Assembly (NCBI GenBank): GCA_963798915.1 | Contig: CAWCVB010000001.1 | Span: 32,001-96,000 of the forward strand | Direction of reading: 5' to 3' | Origin: an uncultured Gemmatimonadales bacterium | GTDB taxonomy: Bacteria > Gemmatimonadota > Gemmatimonadetes > Gemmatimonadales > GWC2-71-9 | DNA: 64,000 nt | Shown: positions 20,055-30,478 of the stretch, piece by piece | Layout: every line of letters begins with the position of its first letter | Position numbering within the stretch: the stretch's first letter is position 1 | Position numbers and translations under genes: made by a program | Notes under the pieces: model-generated | Seen by the model: the letters and a program-made list of their open reading frames with translations, nothing else | Database searches by the model: none | What the model was told of the DNA's origin: nothing

Positions 20055-21339
20055 ATGACCATCGCATCACGACGCTTCGGGCTCGGCCTGCACGCCGCCG
20101 GCGGCCTCATTGTGCTTCTGCTGACCATCGTGGTGGCCGCGATCCTGTGGCAGGCCACCGGCGCCACGGCCGTCGGCGACGTCCTTCCCTACCTCCTGGC
20201 CTTTGTGGCTGTCGCAGTCATCATGGAGATCGTCCTGACGAGCTGGGCGAACCAGGCCGTGGTCCGGCCGCTCCTCGCGGCGGAACGGATTGCCGCCCGG
20301 GTCGCGCAGGGCGACCTCACGGCGGGCGAACTCCTCGAGGCGGATCCGGTACTGTTGCGGTCGCCGCTGGGCAGAAGCGTGCAGGACATGGTGGGAGCGC
20401 TTCGCACGCTCACGAGCACCATTCATGGCACCTCGGCTGACGCTGCCGCGATGGCCGAGCAGATCGCCGCCTCCACCGAGCAGATGACCGCCTCGACCCA
20501 GGAGGTCGCCAGCACCACGGGCGACCTGACCGAACGCGCCAACCAGCAGGCGCTGATCGTCCGCGGGGCCGCCGATGATGCCGGGAGGATCCTGGGCATC
20601 TCGAAGGAGCTGGCCACGGGTGCGGTGGAAGCGGCCCAGCGCAATGGCGCGCTGGCGCGCGCGGCGCGCGCGCATCGCCAGCGCCTGGAGGCAAGCACCG
20701 CCGAACTCGAGCGACTGGCCCAGGATGCCGAGCACGGGGCCGCTGAGGCGGAGGCGCTGGCGGCGGCATCGGCCGAGATCGAGAAATTCGTCACCCAGAC
20801 CAAGGCCATCGCCAAGCAGACCCACATGCTCGCGCTCAATGCCTCGATCGAGGCGGCTCGCGCCGGGCGAGGAAGGCAAGGGATTCAGCGTCGTTGCCGA
20901 GGAGGTGCGGAAGCTGGCGGCGCAGGCGGCGCAGGCGGCGACATCGACCAGCGAGACGGTGCAGACCGTGCTGGAACGCGTCGCAACGGCGCGGGAGCGC
21001 CTGCTGCGGCTGGGCGAGGGCGGCATGGCTGCCCGCGAAGCAGCGCATGCGGCCGCCGAAGGCTTGCTCACCGTGGCGAACGATGCCGAAGAAAACGACC
21101 AGTGGACCCAGCGGATCTCCAGCTCGGCGGAAACGGTGCGAGGCCTGGTGGAAGGGATCGCCGGGCGGATGCGGGAGGTTTCAGCCGGCACCGAGGACTA
21201 CGCCGCCGCCGCGGAAGAGATTGCGGCAGCGGCCCAGCAGTTGAATGCTTCTACGGAGGAGATTTCGTCGTCCGCCGGCCATCTGGCGGAAGCGGCCGAG
21301 AAGCTCACTGGAGCCGTGGGGGGCTTCCGGCTGACCTGA
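20055..21339 (+). pseudogene. Methyl-accepting chemotaxis protein with one-base frameshift at ~20865-20867 (probably an assembly error)
   Basis: Two TMs plus HAMP. The hairpin motif IAKQTHMLALNASIEAARAG continues as EEGKGFSVVAEEVRKLA in the next frame; removing one G from GGG restores it. Confidence 0.85.
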
Positions 21340-21373
21340 TCATCGGCGCCGGATCCGGCGCGGGGAGTCCACC

Positions 21374-22189
21374 ATGCGTCGTAGCCGACTGCTCATTGCC
21401 GCGATCGTGGCCATTGTCTCATTGGTCACCTACTTCGCCAGCTCGAGCGACAATCCAATTACAGGCGAAACCCAGCACACCGGCAGCATCACCCGGGAAC
21501 AGGAAGTCGCCCTCGGCCTGCAGGCGGCACCGGAGATGGCGCAGGAGTACGGCGGCATCAGCAGCGATGCCGCTGCCACCGCGCAGGTCAACCGGGTCTG
21601 CGCCCGGCTGGTCAGCCGGAGCGATGCGCAGCAGGCCACGGCCTACTACCGATTCGAGTGTCACCTGCTGGCGGACCCGAGCACCATCAACGCGTTTGCC
21701 CTTCCTGGCGGCCAGGTCTTCATCACGTCCGGTCTCTTGTCCAAGCTGACGACCGAAGGCGAGCTTGCCGGCGTACTCGGGCACGAGGTTGGCCACGTCG
21801 TGGCGCGCCATGGCGCGCAGCAGATGGCCAAGGCGCAGCTGACCCAGGGACTGAGCGGTGCGGCCGTGCTGGCGACCTACGATCCGAACGACCCAGCCAG
21901 CCAGCGCAACGCTGCCGTGGTGGCGCTGATCGGGCAGCTGGTCAACATGAAGTTCAGCAGGAGCGACGAACTGCAGGCGGATGAACTGGGCGTAAAACTG
22001 GAGAGTCAGGCGGGTTATGACCCCCGGGCCATGGTGAAGGTCATGGAGATCCTGGAGGCGGAGGCCGGCGCCAGTCGCCAGCCGGAATTCTTCAGCACCC
22101 ATCCCAACCCGGCAAATCGGGTCAGCCACATCGAAGATGCCATCAGGGCGCAGTATCCGAATGGGCTTCCGCCCGGACTTCAGGAATGA
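21374..22189 (+). CDS. M48 family zinc metallopeptidase
   Basis: INAFALPGG, GHEVGH (HExxH), SRSDELQAD, FSTHP; N-terminal anchor. Confidence 0.93.
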   Translation: MRRSRLLIAAIVAIVSLVTYFASSSDNPITGETQHTGSITREQEVALGLQAAPEMAQEYGGISSDAAATAQVNRVCARLVSRSDAQQATAYYRFECHLLADPSTINAFALPGGQVFITSGLLSKLTTEGELAGVLGHEVGHVVARHGAQQMAKAQLTQGLSGAAVLATYDPNDPASQRNAAVVALIGQLVNMKFSRSDELQADELGVKLESQAGYDPRAMVKVMEILEAEAGASRQPEFFSTHPNPANRVSHIEDAIRAQYPNGLPPGLQE

Positions 22190-23159
22190 CCGGGTGGTGC
22201 TCGGCGAGCGCATCGAGTTCCGCCTGCAGGTTCCCCGCGTCCTCCAGGAAGCGATCGAGCGAGACCGTACGCGCCATGCTCGCGCCGACAGGACGAAGCA
22301 CGTCCGAGTAATGCAAGGCATCGTCAAAATCATCAGCGCTGGACCAGTCATTGACGCGCGACAGGATCAGCAGCGACACGGCCGTGACGGCGGCCGTGAG
22401 GATCCGCCGGCGACGGGACAGCATGCTCACCAGGCTCAGATGGGCGCTCAGCGCCACGGTCAGCAGGAGCAGCAGCCCGGCTGACTGTGCCAGACTCCGC
22501 GCCATGGCGGCCGGCCAGATGAACTCCACGTATTGCATGGCTGCCGTCCACAGGGTTCCCAGCGAGAGCGCCAGCGCAGCAATGGCAAGATGGGTGAGGA
22601 ACCTCGCCCGGGCGCCCTGTGCCCGCCCGACCAGGGCCCACGTTCCGGCCCAGAGCGCCAGGAAGAGAAAGATGGCGACAGCGGCGCCGACCGCCGTGGC
22701 CGCGTCATCGGCGCCGTACTGCTTGAGCCAGGCGACGACCGCGGAGAAGGCCAGGGAGCCGCCGATGGTGGTCCAGGCGACGCCGGGCCGGCGAAGCCCG
22801 CTCACCAGCCGGTTCTCATCGGACAGCGGAACGGCTGGGGCCACGGCGTGACCGATATCGACGACCCTGAGGACCGTCTCCCCGAGGCGGGCCGTGCCCC
22901 CTGACGGCAGGCGAAGGCGCGGGCTTCGCTCACCCCGCATGCCGTCGCGCACTCCGTTGACGCTGCCCGTATCCTCTATCACCATGACGCCATCGGCGTC
23001 GAGCAGGAGGCGGGCGTGATGCGCATCCATGTAGCGATCATCCACGATGATGTCATTGTCGTACGCGCGACCGATGGATGCGGGCAACTGCTCCACGCGG
23101 TGCCGGGACCGCAGGTGGAGCCGGCGATCGCGGACCTCGACCAGGATCACTCGGTCCAT
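22143..23159 (-). CDS. FHA domain-containing polytopic membrane protein
   Basis: IGRAYDNDII..D....HHARL...EDTGSVNG FHA pattern followed by about five TM helices. Confidence 0.85.
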   Translation of the reverse strand: MDRVILVEVRDRRLHLRSRHRVEQLPASIGRAYDNDIIVDDRYMDAHHARLLLDADGVMVIEDTGSVNGVRDGMRGERSPRLRLPSGGTARLGETVLRVVDIGHAVAPAVPLSDENRLVSGLRRPGVAWTTIGGSLAFSAVVAWLKQYGADDAATAVGAAVAIFLFLALWAGTWALVGRAQGARARFLTHLAIAALALSLGTLWTAAMQYVEFIWPAAMARSLAQSAGLLLLLTVALSAHLSLVSMLSRRRRILTAAVTAVSLLILSRVNDWSSADDFDDALHYSDVLRPVGASMARTVSLDRFLEDAGNLQAELDALAEHHPVIPEVRAEAHSDTAP

Positions 23160-24451
23160 GCGATGCTCTCCAGGAATCGCCGGGCCACCCGCTCGGCATT
23201 TTCATAGCTCACACCGGCCAGCGTGAGCGTCGTCACCAGGCCCTGGTCTCCCTTCACCAGGGCGGCAGCCCGCACCACCACGTCGTACAGGCCGGCCATC
23301 CGGCGATACCGCCGCGCACAGAAGGCAGTGCGGAGCATGCCCTGCTGGCGTTCGACATTGCGGGTGACGCAGCGATAGCTGGTCACATCGTCCTCGTCGC
23401 CCCACATGGGCGAGTCCCCGCTGGCAAAATGCGCATTGTACAGCGCGTAGAACCGGAAGCGATTGAGCTGTTTCGAGCTGATGACCTGATGGGACAGCTC
23501 GATCAATCCCGACGCCTGATCCTCCGAGAGGTAGATGTAATCATCGGTAGAGCACTGGTGCGACACGGTTTCATAGGGCAGCTCAGGGCTGCGGTCGGCG
23601 TCCGCCCAGCAGCGGAAGAACGAGGCCGGCGCCGTGGGCAGCGTAAAGGGCCCGATCCTGACCGTGGGCACTGGCGTCCGGAACACCCGGTCCAGATACT
23701 CATCCTGGTAGGCGAGCATCTGGCGTCCGGCCTCATCCAGGAAGTTGTCGGCCGGTCGGAAATTCTGCGTCCGGCTTCGCTGCAGGAGGGCACGGGCGTC
23801 TGCCGACGGTACCAGGAAGCTCACCTGATTGCCCTCAGTGGAGACGTTGATGCCAATGACCTCGCCGGCGTCCGAGACCACTGGTCCGCCGCTCATGCCC
23901 GGATTCAGCGATCCGGTGAAATGGATCTTGGGATAGAGCGTGTGACGCAGCAGGCCGTTGTAGGTGCCCTCGACGATGCTGAGTCCGAGATCCTTGGGGT
24001 GCCCAAGGGAGAACAGCCGGTCGCCCTGCTCGGGCGTCACGTCGTGCAGCGTGAACCACGCCGATGGCGCCACGGCGCTGCGGACCAGCGCCAGGTCATG
24101 GACCACGTCGATGGCCAGCAGTGTGACGCCGAGCGTGTCTCCAGCGGCGGTGATGACTCGCGCCCGGTAACGATCGGGACTGCGGACCAGCTGGGACACG
24201 ACGTGATAATTGGTGATTACGTCTCCCAGCGCCGAGACGAAGAAGCCGGAGCCGAGCGACGCCTTGGCGGCCGAGCCGGTCTCGGAGATTTCGATCTTGA
24301 CGACTCGATCGCCGAAGCGGCGGAAGACCGAGGGGCTGCCCCGGCTGGCCGCCTGAGCATGCAGCGGCGCAGCGCGGGCCACGATCACCGGTGACCAGGC
24401 GCCTGCCAGGACTGCAATGGCGGCACGGGCCAGCCGCATGCGCGCAAGCAT
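23147..24451 (-). CDS. Exported trypsin-like (S1) serine protease with Cys-containing C-terminal domain
   Basis: TNYHVV (His), HDLAL (Asp), NPGMSGGP (Ser); signal peptide; no PDZ. Confidence 0.88.
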   Translation of the reverse strand: MLARMRLARAAIAVLAGAWSPVIVARAAPLHAQAASRGSPSVFRRFGDRVVKIEISETGSAAKASLGSGFFVSALGDVITNYHVVSQLVRSPDRYRARVITAAGDTLGVTLLAIDVVHDLALVRSAVAPSAWFTLHDVTPEQGDRLFSLGHPKDLGLSIVEGTYNGLLRHTLYPKIHFTGSLNPGMSGGPVVSDAGEVIGINVSTEGNQVSFLVPSADARALLQRSRTQNFRPADNFLDEAGRQMLAYQDEYLDRVFRTPVPTVRIGPFTLPTAPASFFRCWADADRSPELPYETVSHQCSTDDYIYLSEDQASGLIELSHQVISSKQLNRFRFYALYNAHFASGDSPMWGDEDDVTSYRCVTRNVERQQGMLRTAFCARRYRRMAGLYDVVVRAAALVKGDQGLVTTLTLAGVSYENAERVARRFLESIAWTE

Positions 24452-24557
24452 CAGCCGGCGGCCTCCGGGACGCTACGGGAAGAAGAACCAGGCGAGATGG
24501 AACCGCCAAAGTGTAACGCGGGGACGGCGACACCGCGAGGGCCGCTATCTTTTTTGG

Positions 24558-25403
24558 GTGAGCAAGCCATTGGCCAGAATCAAGATGCTACGTGCGGGCT
24601 TCTCCACGCTGGGCCAGGTGGCACCGGCCCTGGCTGCGGAGTACGCCGAGCGGCTCTTCTGCCGGCCGCCCACGCGGGAAGTGCGCCCCCAGGAAACGGA
24701 GTTCCTGGCGACCGGCGCGCGGTTCGAACTCCGGACTGGCCGGGAGACCATCGCCGCCTGGAAGTGGGGCGGCGAGGGCCCGCTGGCGCTCCTGCTCCAC
24801 GGCTGGGGCAGCCGGGCGTCCCGGTGGTGGCGACTGGTCCCGGGACTTGTCGACGATGGTTTTCGGGTGGTTGCATTTGACCAGCCGGCGCACGGCGAGT
24901 CATCGGGGGAACAGGTCTCGCTGCCGCGCTTTGTCGAGACGCTGGAGGCGATGGTCTCGCGCCTGGGACAAGCGCCGGCCCTGCTCTGCGGCCATTCGCT
25001 GGGAGGCTCCGCGGCGGTGATTGGCATGCATCGAGGCATTATGACCCGGCGCGCCGTGCTGCTGGGCGCGCCCTCTGAGCAACGGGAATATGCCGAGCGA
25101 TTTGCCCGGACGGTCGGCCTCCCGGATGCCGCGCGCGACATCATGATGGACAATCTCTCGCGCCGGCTCGGCTTGACCTGGAGCGATCTCGACCTGCCGC
25201 CCCTGGTGGAAGGGCTCGAGGTCCCGGCGCTGATCGTGCATGATCGAAGCGATGCCGAGGTGGCGTTTGCGCACGGCGAGCGTCTGGCGGCCAGCTGGCC
25301 CGGGGCGGAACTGCTCGCCACCGACGGGCTGGGGCACAGCGGCGCCCTGGAGGACGTCGTCGTGATGCAACGGGTCCGCCAGTTCGCGGCGGAGGCCCGG
25401 TGA
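24558..25403 (+). CDS. Alpha/beta-fold hydrolase
   Basis: LLHGWGS, FDQPAHGES, GHSLG nucleophile elbow, HDRSD, GLGH. Confidence 0.9.
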   Translation: MSKPLARIKMLRAGFSTLGQVAPALAAEYAERLFCRPPTREVRPQETEFLATGARFELRTGRETIAAWKWGGEGPLALLLHGWGSRASRWWRLVPGLVDDGFRVVAFDQPAHGESSGEQVSLPRFVETLEAMVSRLGQAPALLCGHSLGGSAAVIGMHRGIMTRRAVLLGAPSEQREYAERFARTVGLPDAARDIMMDNLSRRLGLTWSDLDLPPLVEGLEVPALIVHDRSDAEVAFAHGERLAASWPGAELLATDGLGHSGALEDVVVMQRVRQFAAEAR

Positions 25404-25666
25404 TTGTCATGGATCGCGAGAACCTGTTGGCACCGGGCTGGTCGCATGTCGTCTCGACGACCGGCGATGTCACCGAGCTGGAGGCGCTCCGCCTTGCCGT
25501 CGGCGCACCCCCAGCGGCCCTGCAGCTCACCAACTCGCGCTGGCCGCATCTCGACCTCAAGCTCGAACCACGCGAACGGGCGTTGCGGCGTCCCGACGTG
25601 ACCGTGGTTGAGTCGACCCGTGAGCTGATCCGTTTCGTGCGCGGCCAGCGCGGGATAGCTTCCTGA
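25400..25666 (+). CDS. Small DUF4031-like protein
   Basis: WSHVVS....ELEAL...LQ....PHLDL pattern; GTGA overlap with the hydrolase, 2 nt before iadA. Confidence 0.6.
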   Translation: MIVMDRENLLAPGWSHVVSTTGDVTELEALRLAVGAPPAALQLTNSRWPHLDLKLEPRERALRRPDVTVVESTRELIRFVRGQRGIAS

Positions 25667-25668
25667 GC

Positions 25669-26835
25669 ATGCTGCACCTGCTGCTGAATGCCGATCTTTA
25701 CGACCCACGATCGCTGGGCCGGCGCCACCTGCTGATCGCTCACGGGCGGGTGGCGTGGATCGGCAGTGCGGTGCCCGACATTCGGGGCGTGCCGGTTGAG
25801 CGCATTGACCTGGAGGGCCGCCGCCTCGTCCCCGGCCTGATCGATGGCCACGTTCATCTCACTGGCGGCGGCGGCGAGGCTGGTCCGGAGACGCGTGTGC
25901 CGGCCATCCCGCTCAGCCGGCTGACCACCGCCGGCATCACGTCGGTCATTGGCCTGCTCGGCACCGACGACGTGGTGCGCGGACCGGCGGAATTGCTGGC
26001 GACGACACTGGCACTGCGCCGGCTGGGATTGTCCGCCTGGTGCCTGACGGGTGGTTACCACTTGCCGCCGCGAACGGTGACCGGCAACGTACGTTCCGAC
26101 CTGGCACTGCTCGAGCCGGTGATCGGCGTGGGCGAGGTGGCCATCAGCGATCACCGCTCGTCGCAGCCGTCGCTCGATGTGCTGCTCGCCACAGCGGCCG
26201 AGGCGCACGTGGGCGGATTATTGGGCGGGAAGGCCGGCATCCTGCACCTGCACATCGGGGATGGCGCCCGCGGCCTGTCGTTGATCCGCGAGGCGCTCGA
26301 GCGCAGCGAGCTTCCGGCGAGCGTCTTCAATCCGACTCACATCAACCGGAGGCGGGCATTGCTGGACGAGGCGCTGGAACTGGCTCGCGCCGGCTCGGTG
26401 GTGGATGCCACCGCGTTTCCGGTGGCGGAGGGCGAGGACGCCTGGAGCGCCGACGCATCGCTGGTGCGCTACCTCGACAGCGGCGCGCCGGCCCGGAACA
26501 TCACCGTGAGCAGCGACGCCGGCGGCTGCCTGCCGGTCTTCGACGCCGACGGACGCGTGGCGAGCATGGATGTGGGCCGTCCCGCGGCGCTCCTGCGATG
26601 CCTCGGCGCCGCCGTTGCAGCTGGGCTGCCGCTCGAGCGGGCGCTCCCGGCCTTCACCTCCAACCCGGCGCGACACTGGCAGCTTGCCCGGAAGGGCCGG
26701 GTGGCGGTCGGGACCGACGCCGACCTGCTCGTCCTCGACTCCGAGGGCGGCGCCGACGCGGTCATGGCGCGCGGCCGCTGGCATGTGCAGGGCGGGAAGG
26801 CTATTGTCGTCGGGCCGCTGGAGGAGCTGGCGTGA
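25669..26835 (+). CDS. iadA: Isoaspartyl dipeptidase (beta-aspartyl peptidase)
   Basis: DGHVHLTGGGGEAG, GLLGTD, AISDHRSSQP, HLHIGDG, PTHINR, SSDAGGCLP. Confidence 0.93.
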   Translation: MLHLLLNADLYDPRSLGRRHLLIAHGRVAWIGSAVPDIRGVPVERIDLEGRRLVPGLIDGHVHLTGGGGEAGPETRVPAIPLSRLTTAGITSVIGLLGTDDVVRGPAELLATTLALRRLGLSAWCLTGGYHLPPRTVTGNVRSDLALLEPVIGVGEVAISDHRSSQPSLDVLLATAAEAHVGGLLGGKAGILHLHIGDGARGLSLIREALERSELPASVFNPTHINRRRALLDEALELARAGSVVDATAFPVAEGEDAWSADASLVRYLDSGAPARNITVSSDAGGCLPVFDADGRVASMDVGRPAALLRCLGAAVAAGLPLERALPAFTSNPARHWQLARKGRVAVGTDADLLVLDSEGGADAVMARGRWHVQGGKAIVVGPLEELA

Positions 26836-27668
26836 CGCCGCCGGTAGCGGCTGCTCGCGCCGGCTACGTGGTGCCGGTGGGAGGTGCGGAGGACAAGGTG
26901 GGCGCCAGCATGATTCTGCGGCGGTTCACCACGCTGGCGGGAGGCGACGAGGCCGTCATCGCGATTCTTCCCACGGCGTCGGAGGTGATCGACACCGGCG
27001 AGCGCTACGCCCGACTGTTCCAGAACTTCGGCGCGCGGAAGACGACGGTCATCCCGATCACGTCGCGATCAGACGCCAACGACCCGGCCGTGATTGCAGC
27101 ACTGGAAGAGTGCAGCGGCATTTTCATTACCGGCGGGAACCAGCTGCGCCTTGGCACCATGGTCGGCGGCACCGACCTGGCCCGGACCATCCGGGCACGC
27201 AATGCCGCCGGGGCCCACGTGGCCGGCACCTCGGCGGGCGCCGCGTTCCTCTGCGAGCACATGATCGCGTTCGGCGAGGAAGGGGCCTCGCCCCTGGCCG
27301 GAAGTGTCACGCTGGCTCCGGGCCTGGGGCTGTCGAACACGGTGATCATCGACCAGCACTTCCGCCAGCGCGACCGGCTGGGGCGCCTGCTGACGGCGCT
27401 GGCCTACAACCCGTTCGCGCTCGGGCTGGGTCTCGACGAGAACACGGCGGCGTTCATCGGTCCCGACCATCGGTTCGAGGTGGTGGGAGGAGGCGCCATT
27501 ACGGTGGTGGACCCGTCGGATCTGGAGTTCAGTTCCATGGCGCGGGTGCGCCGCAACGACCCGGTGTGCCTCATCGGCCTCCGGCTGCACATTCTCGACC
27601 ACGGTTCTACGTTCAACCTCTCGACGCGCAAGGCTTCTCCGCCCCCGGAGATTGCCGAGCGCCCGTGA
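26832..27668 (+). CDS. cphB: Cyanophycinase (intracellular, S51 family)
   Basis: GGAEDK, TGGNQLRL, GTSAGA (Ser), DQHFRQRDRLGRL, GLDENT; GTGA overlap with iadA. Confidence 0.95.
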   Translation: MTPPVAAARAGYVVPVGGAEDKVGASMILRRFTTLAGGDEAVIAILPTASEVIDTGERYARLFQNFGARKTTVIPITSRSDANDPAVIAALEECSGIFITGGNQLRLGTMVGGTDLARTIRARNAAGAHVAGTSAGAAFLCEHMIAFGEEGASPLAGSVTLAPGLGLSNTVIIDQHFRQRDRLGRLLTALAYNPFALGLGLDENTAAFIGPDHRFEVVGGGAITVVDPSDLEFSSMARVRRNDPVCLIGLRLHILDHGSTFNLSTRKASPPPEIAERP

Positions 27669-27683
27669 ATTGATATATGCGGG

Positions 27684-30476
27684 GTGACCATGCGCATCAT
27701 CGATCGCGCCGTCTACGTCGGCCCCAGTCTGTACGCCCATTTTCCCGTCATTCGCCTGGACGTCGATCTCGGTGAACTCGAGGACTGGCCCAGCGCCCGC
27801 CTCGGTCCGGCCTTCATCGATCCGCTGCTCGACGCACTGCCCGGGCTTCACGACCATGGTTGCTCCCATGGCGAGCCAGGTGGCTTCGTGCGCCGCCTGC
27901 GCGAGGGTGACGGCACCTGGATGGGTCACGTACTGGAGCATGTGGCCATCGAGCTCCAGAATGTGGCCGGCCACCAGATCAGCTTCGGCAAGACCCGGTC
28001 GCAGGGACCGCGCGGGCAGTACTGGCTGGTCTATCAGTATCAGCAGCGTGAGGTGGGCCTCGAAGCCGGCGAACTTGGCATGCGGCTGCTCCACAGCCTC
28101 CTTCCGCCAGACCTGCGGCCGGACGGAAGCGTGCCGCCCGGTTTTGAGTTTGCGGAGCAACGTGATGAATTCATCCGGTTTGCCCAGCGCCATGCGCTGG
28201 GACCGAGCACGGCGGCGCTGGTCCACGCCGCTACGGTCCGGGGCATCCCATGGCTCCGCACCGGCACCAACAGCCTCATTCAGCTGGGCCACGGCCGGCA
28301 CCAGCGGCGGGTACAGGCCACCGTCACCAGTCAGACGTCGCACGTGGCCGTGGAGCTGGCCTCCGACAAGGAACTGACCAATCGCATTCTCGGCACACTC
28401 GGCCTGCCGGTGCCGACCCAGGAACTGGTGCGGTCTGCCGACGAGGCGGTGGCGGCCGCGGCGCGCGTTGGCTACCCCGTTGTCACCAAGCCATACAATG
28501 GCAACCACGGCCGCGGCATCTCGATCCACCTGCTGACCGAGTCGCAAGTGCGCGACGCATTCCAGGTTGCTGCAGAGCACAGCAACAGCGTCGTGGTGGA
28601 AGCGTTCGTCGACGGACTCGACCACCGCATGCTGGTGATCAATGGCTCGGTCGTGGCGGTCTCGCAGCGGCGGCCGGGCCATGTCGTGGGTGATGGCCAG
28701 CACACGGTCGCCGAGCTGGTGGAGCGGGAGAACGCCGATCCCCGCCGAGGCATCGGGCACGAGAAGGTCCTGACCCGCCTCGAGTTCGACCGGCAGGCGG
28801 AGTCGCTGCTGGCGCGCATCGGCTACACGGCCAGGACCGTGCCGCCCGAAGGCGAGGTGGTCTACCTGCGCTCCACCGGCAACCTGTCCACCGGAGGGAC
28901 CGCCAAGGACGTCACCGACGTCACGCATCCCGACAACGCGGAGATGGCGGTGCGTGCGGTGCAGGCAATCGGGCTGGACATCGGGGGAGTCGATTTTCTC
29001 ACCAGCGACATTGCCCGTTCCTACAAGGACGTGGGCGGCGCGATTGTCGAAGTGAACGCGGCCCCCGGATTCCGCATGCACATGTCGCCCAGTGAGGGCA
29101 AACCGCGCGACGTGGCCGGGCCCGTGATCGACATGCTGTTCCCGCGCGGCGTACCCAGCAGCATCCCGATCGCGGCCATCACCGGCACCAATGGCAAGAC
29201 CACCACCGCCCGCATGCTGGCGCACATCCTGAAACTGGCCGGCCAGTGCGTGGGCCTCACCACCACCGATGGCGTGTACGTGGATGGACAGCGCACCGTG
29301 GCCGGAGACATGACCGGCCCGGTGTCGGCGCGCATGGTGCTTTCGGATCCATTCGTCGAGGTGGCGGTCCTGGAAGTGGCCCGGGGCGGGCTGTTGCGAG
29401 CCGGACTCGGCGTCCGCCAGGTTGACGTTGGCGCGGTACTCAACGTCCGGGAAGACCATCTCGGCATGCACGGCGTCAACTCGCTCCGGGAGCTGGCCAG
29501 CCTCAAGCGGATCGTGGTCGAGGTGGCAAGGGACACGGCGATCCTCAACGCCGACGACCCGCACTGCCTGCGAATGGCCGACCACGCGCCAGCGCGGCAT
29601 CTCTGCTACGTGACGATGAACCCCGGGCATGACCTGGTTCGGGCGCACATCCAGGCCGGCGGCAGGGGCTGTGTGCTGGAGGCCGGCATGACCGGCCAGA
29701 TGATCACGCTCTACGACCACGGCGCGCACATCCCGCTGCTGGCGGCGCACCTGATTCCGGCCACGCTGGACGGCCGCGCCACCCACAATATCCAGAACGC
29801 CATGTTCGCCGCAGCGATGGCCTTCAGCATGGGACTCAAGCTGGAGAACATTCGTCACGGGCTGCAGACCTTCGATACCACGTTCTTCCAGGCGCCCGGC
29901 CGTGGCAATGTCTTCGACGAGCACCCCTTCAAGGTGATCCTCGACTACGGCCACAACGCGGCGGCCGTGGATGCCATGGTCCAACTGGTGGAGCGCCTTG
30001 GCCCCACTGGACGGCGGATCGTGGTGATCACGGCGCCCGGCGACCGCCGGGACGAAGATATCGCCGCCGTGGGCCGCGCCGTGACCGGCAATTTCGACCA
30101 GTACATCTGCCGCCAGGACGACAACCGGCGTGGGCGCGAGCCCGGCGAGGTGCCGCGCATGCTCCACGACATCCTGGTTGACGCCGGCGTGCCGCCCGAC
30201 CTCGTAACGATCGTCGAGGACGAACAGGAAGCCGTCCGGACCGCGCTGGGCGTCGCGCGGGCCGGCGACCTGCTGCTCATCTTTGGCGACAACGTGGCGC
30301 GATGCTGGGACCAGGTCGTGAACTTCCAGCCGGTCCATGTGGAACGGCGCGCGGTGCGCCGCCCGGTCGAGGGAGACGGCGCAACGGTCGTACTCCAGGA
30401 GCGGGCAACGCCGCGCACGTTCGTGCGCGACGTGCGCGGGGTCCGGCTGGCGCGCGACATCGAACTCGAGGACTGA
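27684..30476 (+). CDS. cphA: Cyanophycin synthetase (CphA1 architecture: N, ATP-grasp and Mur-ligase domains)
   Basis: GPSLY, HGCS...GHVLEHVAIELQ, LGPST, KPYNGNHGRG, NLSTGG, EVNAAPGFRMH, TGTNGKTT, EVARGG, PGRGN, DYGHN, PGDRR. Confidence 0.96.
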   Translation: MTMRIIDRAVYVGPSLYAHFPVIRLDVDLGELEDWPSARLGPAFIDPLLDALPGLHDHGCSHGEPGGFVRRLREGDGTWMGHVLEHVAIELQNVAGHQISFGKTRSQGPRGQYWLVYQYQQREVGLEAGELGMRLLHSLLPPDLRPDGSVPPGFEFAEQRDEFIRFAQRHALGPSTAALVHAATVRGIPWLRTGTNSLIQLGHGRHQRRVQATVTSQTSHVAVELASDKELTNRILGTLGLPVPTQELVRSADEAVAAAARVGYPVVTKPYNGNHGRGISIHLLTESQVRDAFQVAAEHSNSVVVEAFVDGLDHRMLVINGSVVAVSQRRPGHVVGDGQHTVAELVERENADPRRGIGHEKVLTRLEFDRQAESLLARIGYTARTVPPEGEVVYLRSTGNLSTGGTAKDVTDVTHPDNAEMAVRAVQAIGLDIGGVDFLTSDIARSYKDVGGAIVEVNAAPGFRMHMSPSEGKPRDVAGPVIDMLFPRGVPSSIPIAAITGTNGKTTTARMLAHILKLAGQCVGLTTTDGVYVDGQRTVAGDMTGPVSARMVLSDPFVEVAVLEVARGGLLRAGLGVRQVDVGAVLNVREDHLGMHGVNSLRELASLKRIVVEVARDTAILNADDPHCLRMADHAPARHLCYVTMNPGHDLVRAHIQAGGRGCVLEAGMTGQMITLYDHGAHIPLLAAHLIPATLDGRATHNIQNAMFAAAMAFSMGLKLENIRHGLQTFDTTFFQAPGRGNVFDEHPFKVILDYGHNAAAVDAMVQLVERLGPTGRRIVVITAPGDRRDEDIAAVGRAVTGNFDQYICRQDDNRRGREPGEVPRMLHDILVDAGVPPDLVTIVEDEQEAVRTALGVARAGDLLLIFGDNVARCWDQVVNFQPVHVERRAVRRPVEGDGATVVLQERATPRTFVRDVRGVRLARDIELED

Positions 30477-30478
30477 CC

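Noticed and set aside
20855..20875. Programmed ribosomal frameshift in the MCP gene
   Set aside because: No slippery heptamer or known recoding precedent; a one-base homopolymer error is simpler.
27069..30338. 1089-aa minus-strand ORF (also 12085-14022, 18194-19939, 29945-31801, 38520-40460, 56127-58004)
   Set aside because: Antisense shadows of well-supported genes, expected in high-GC DNA; no recognisable motifs.
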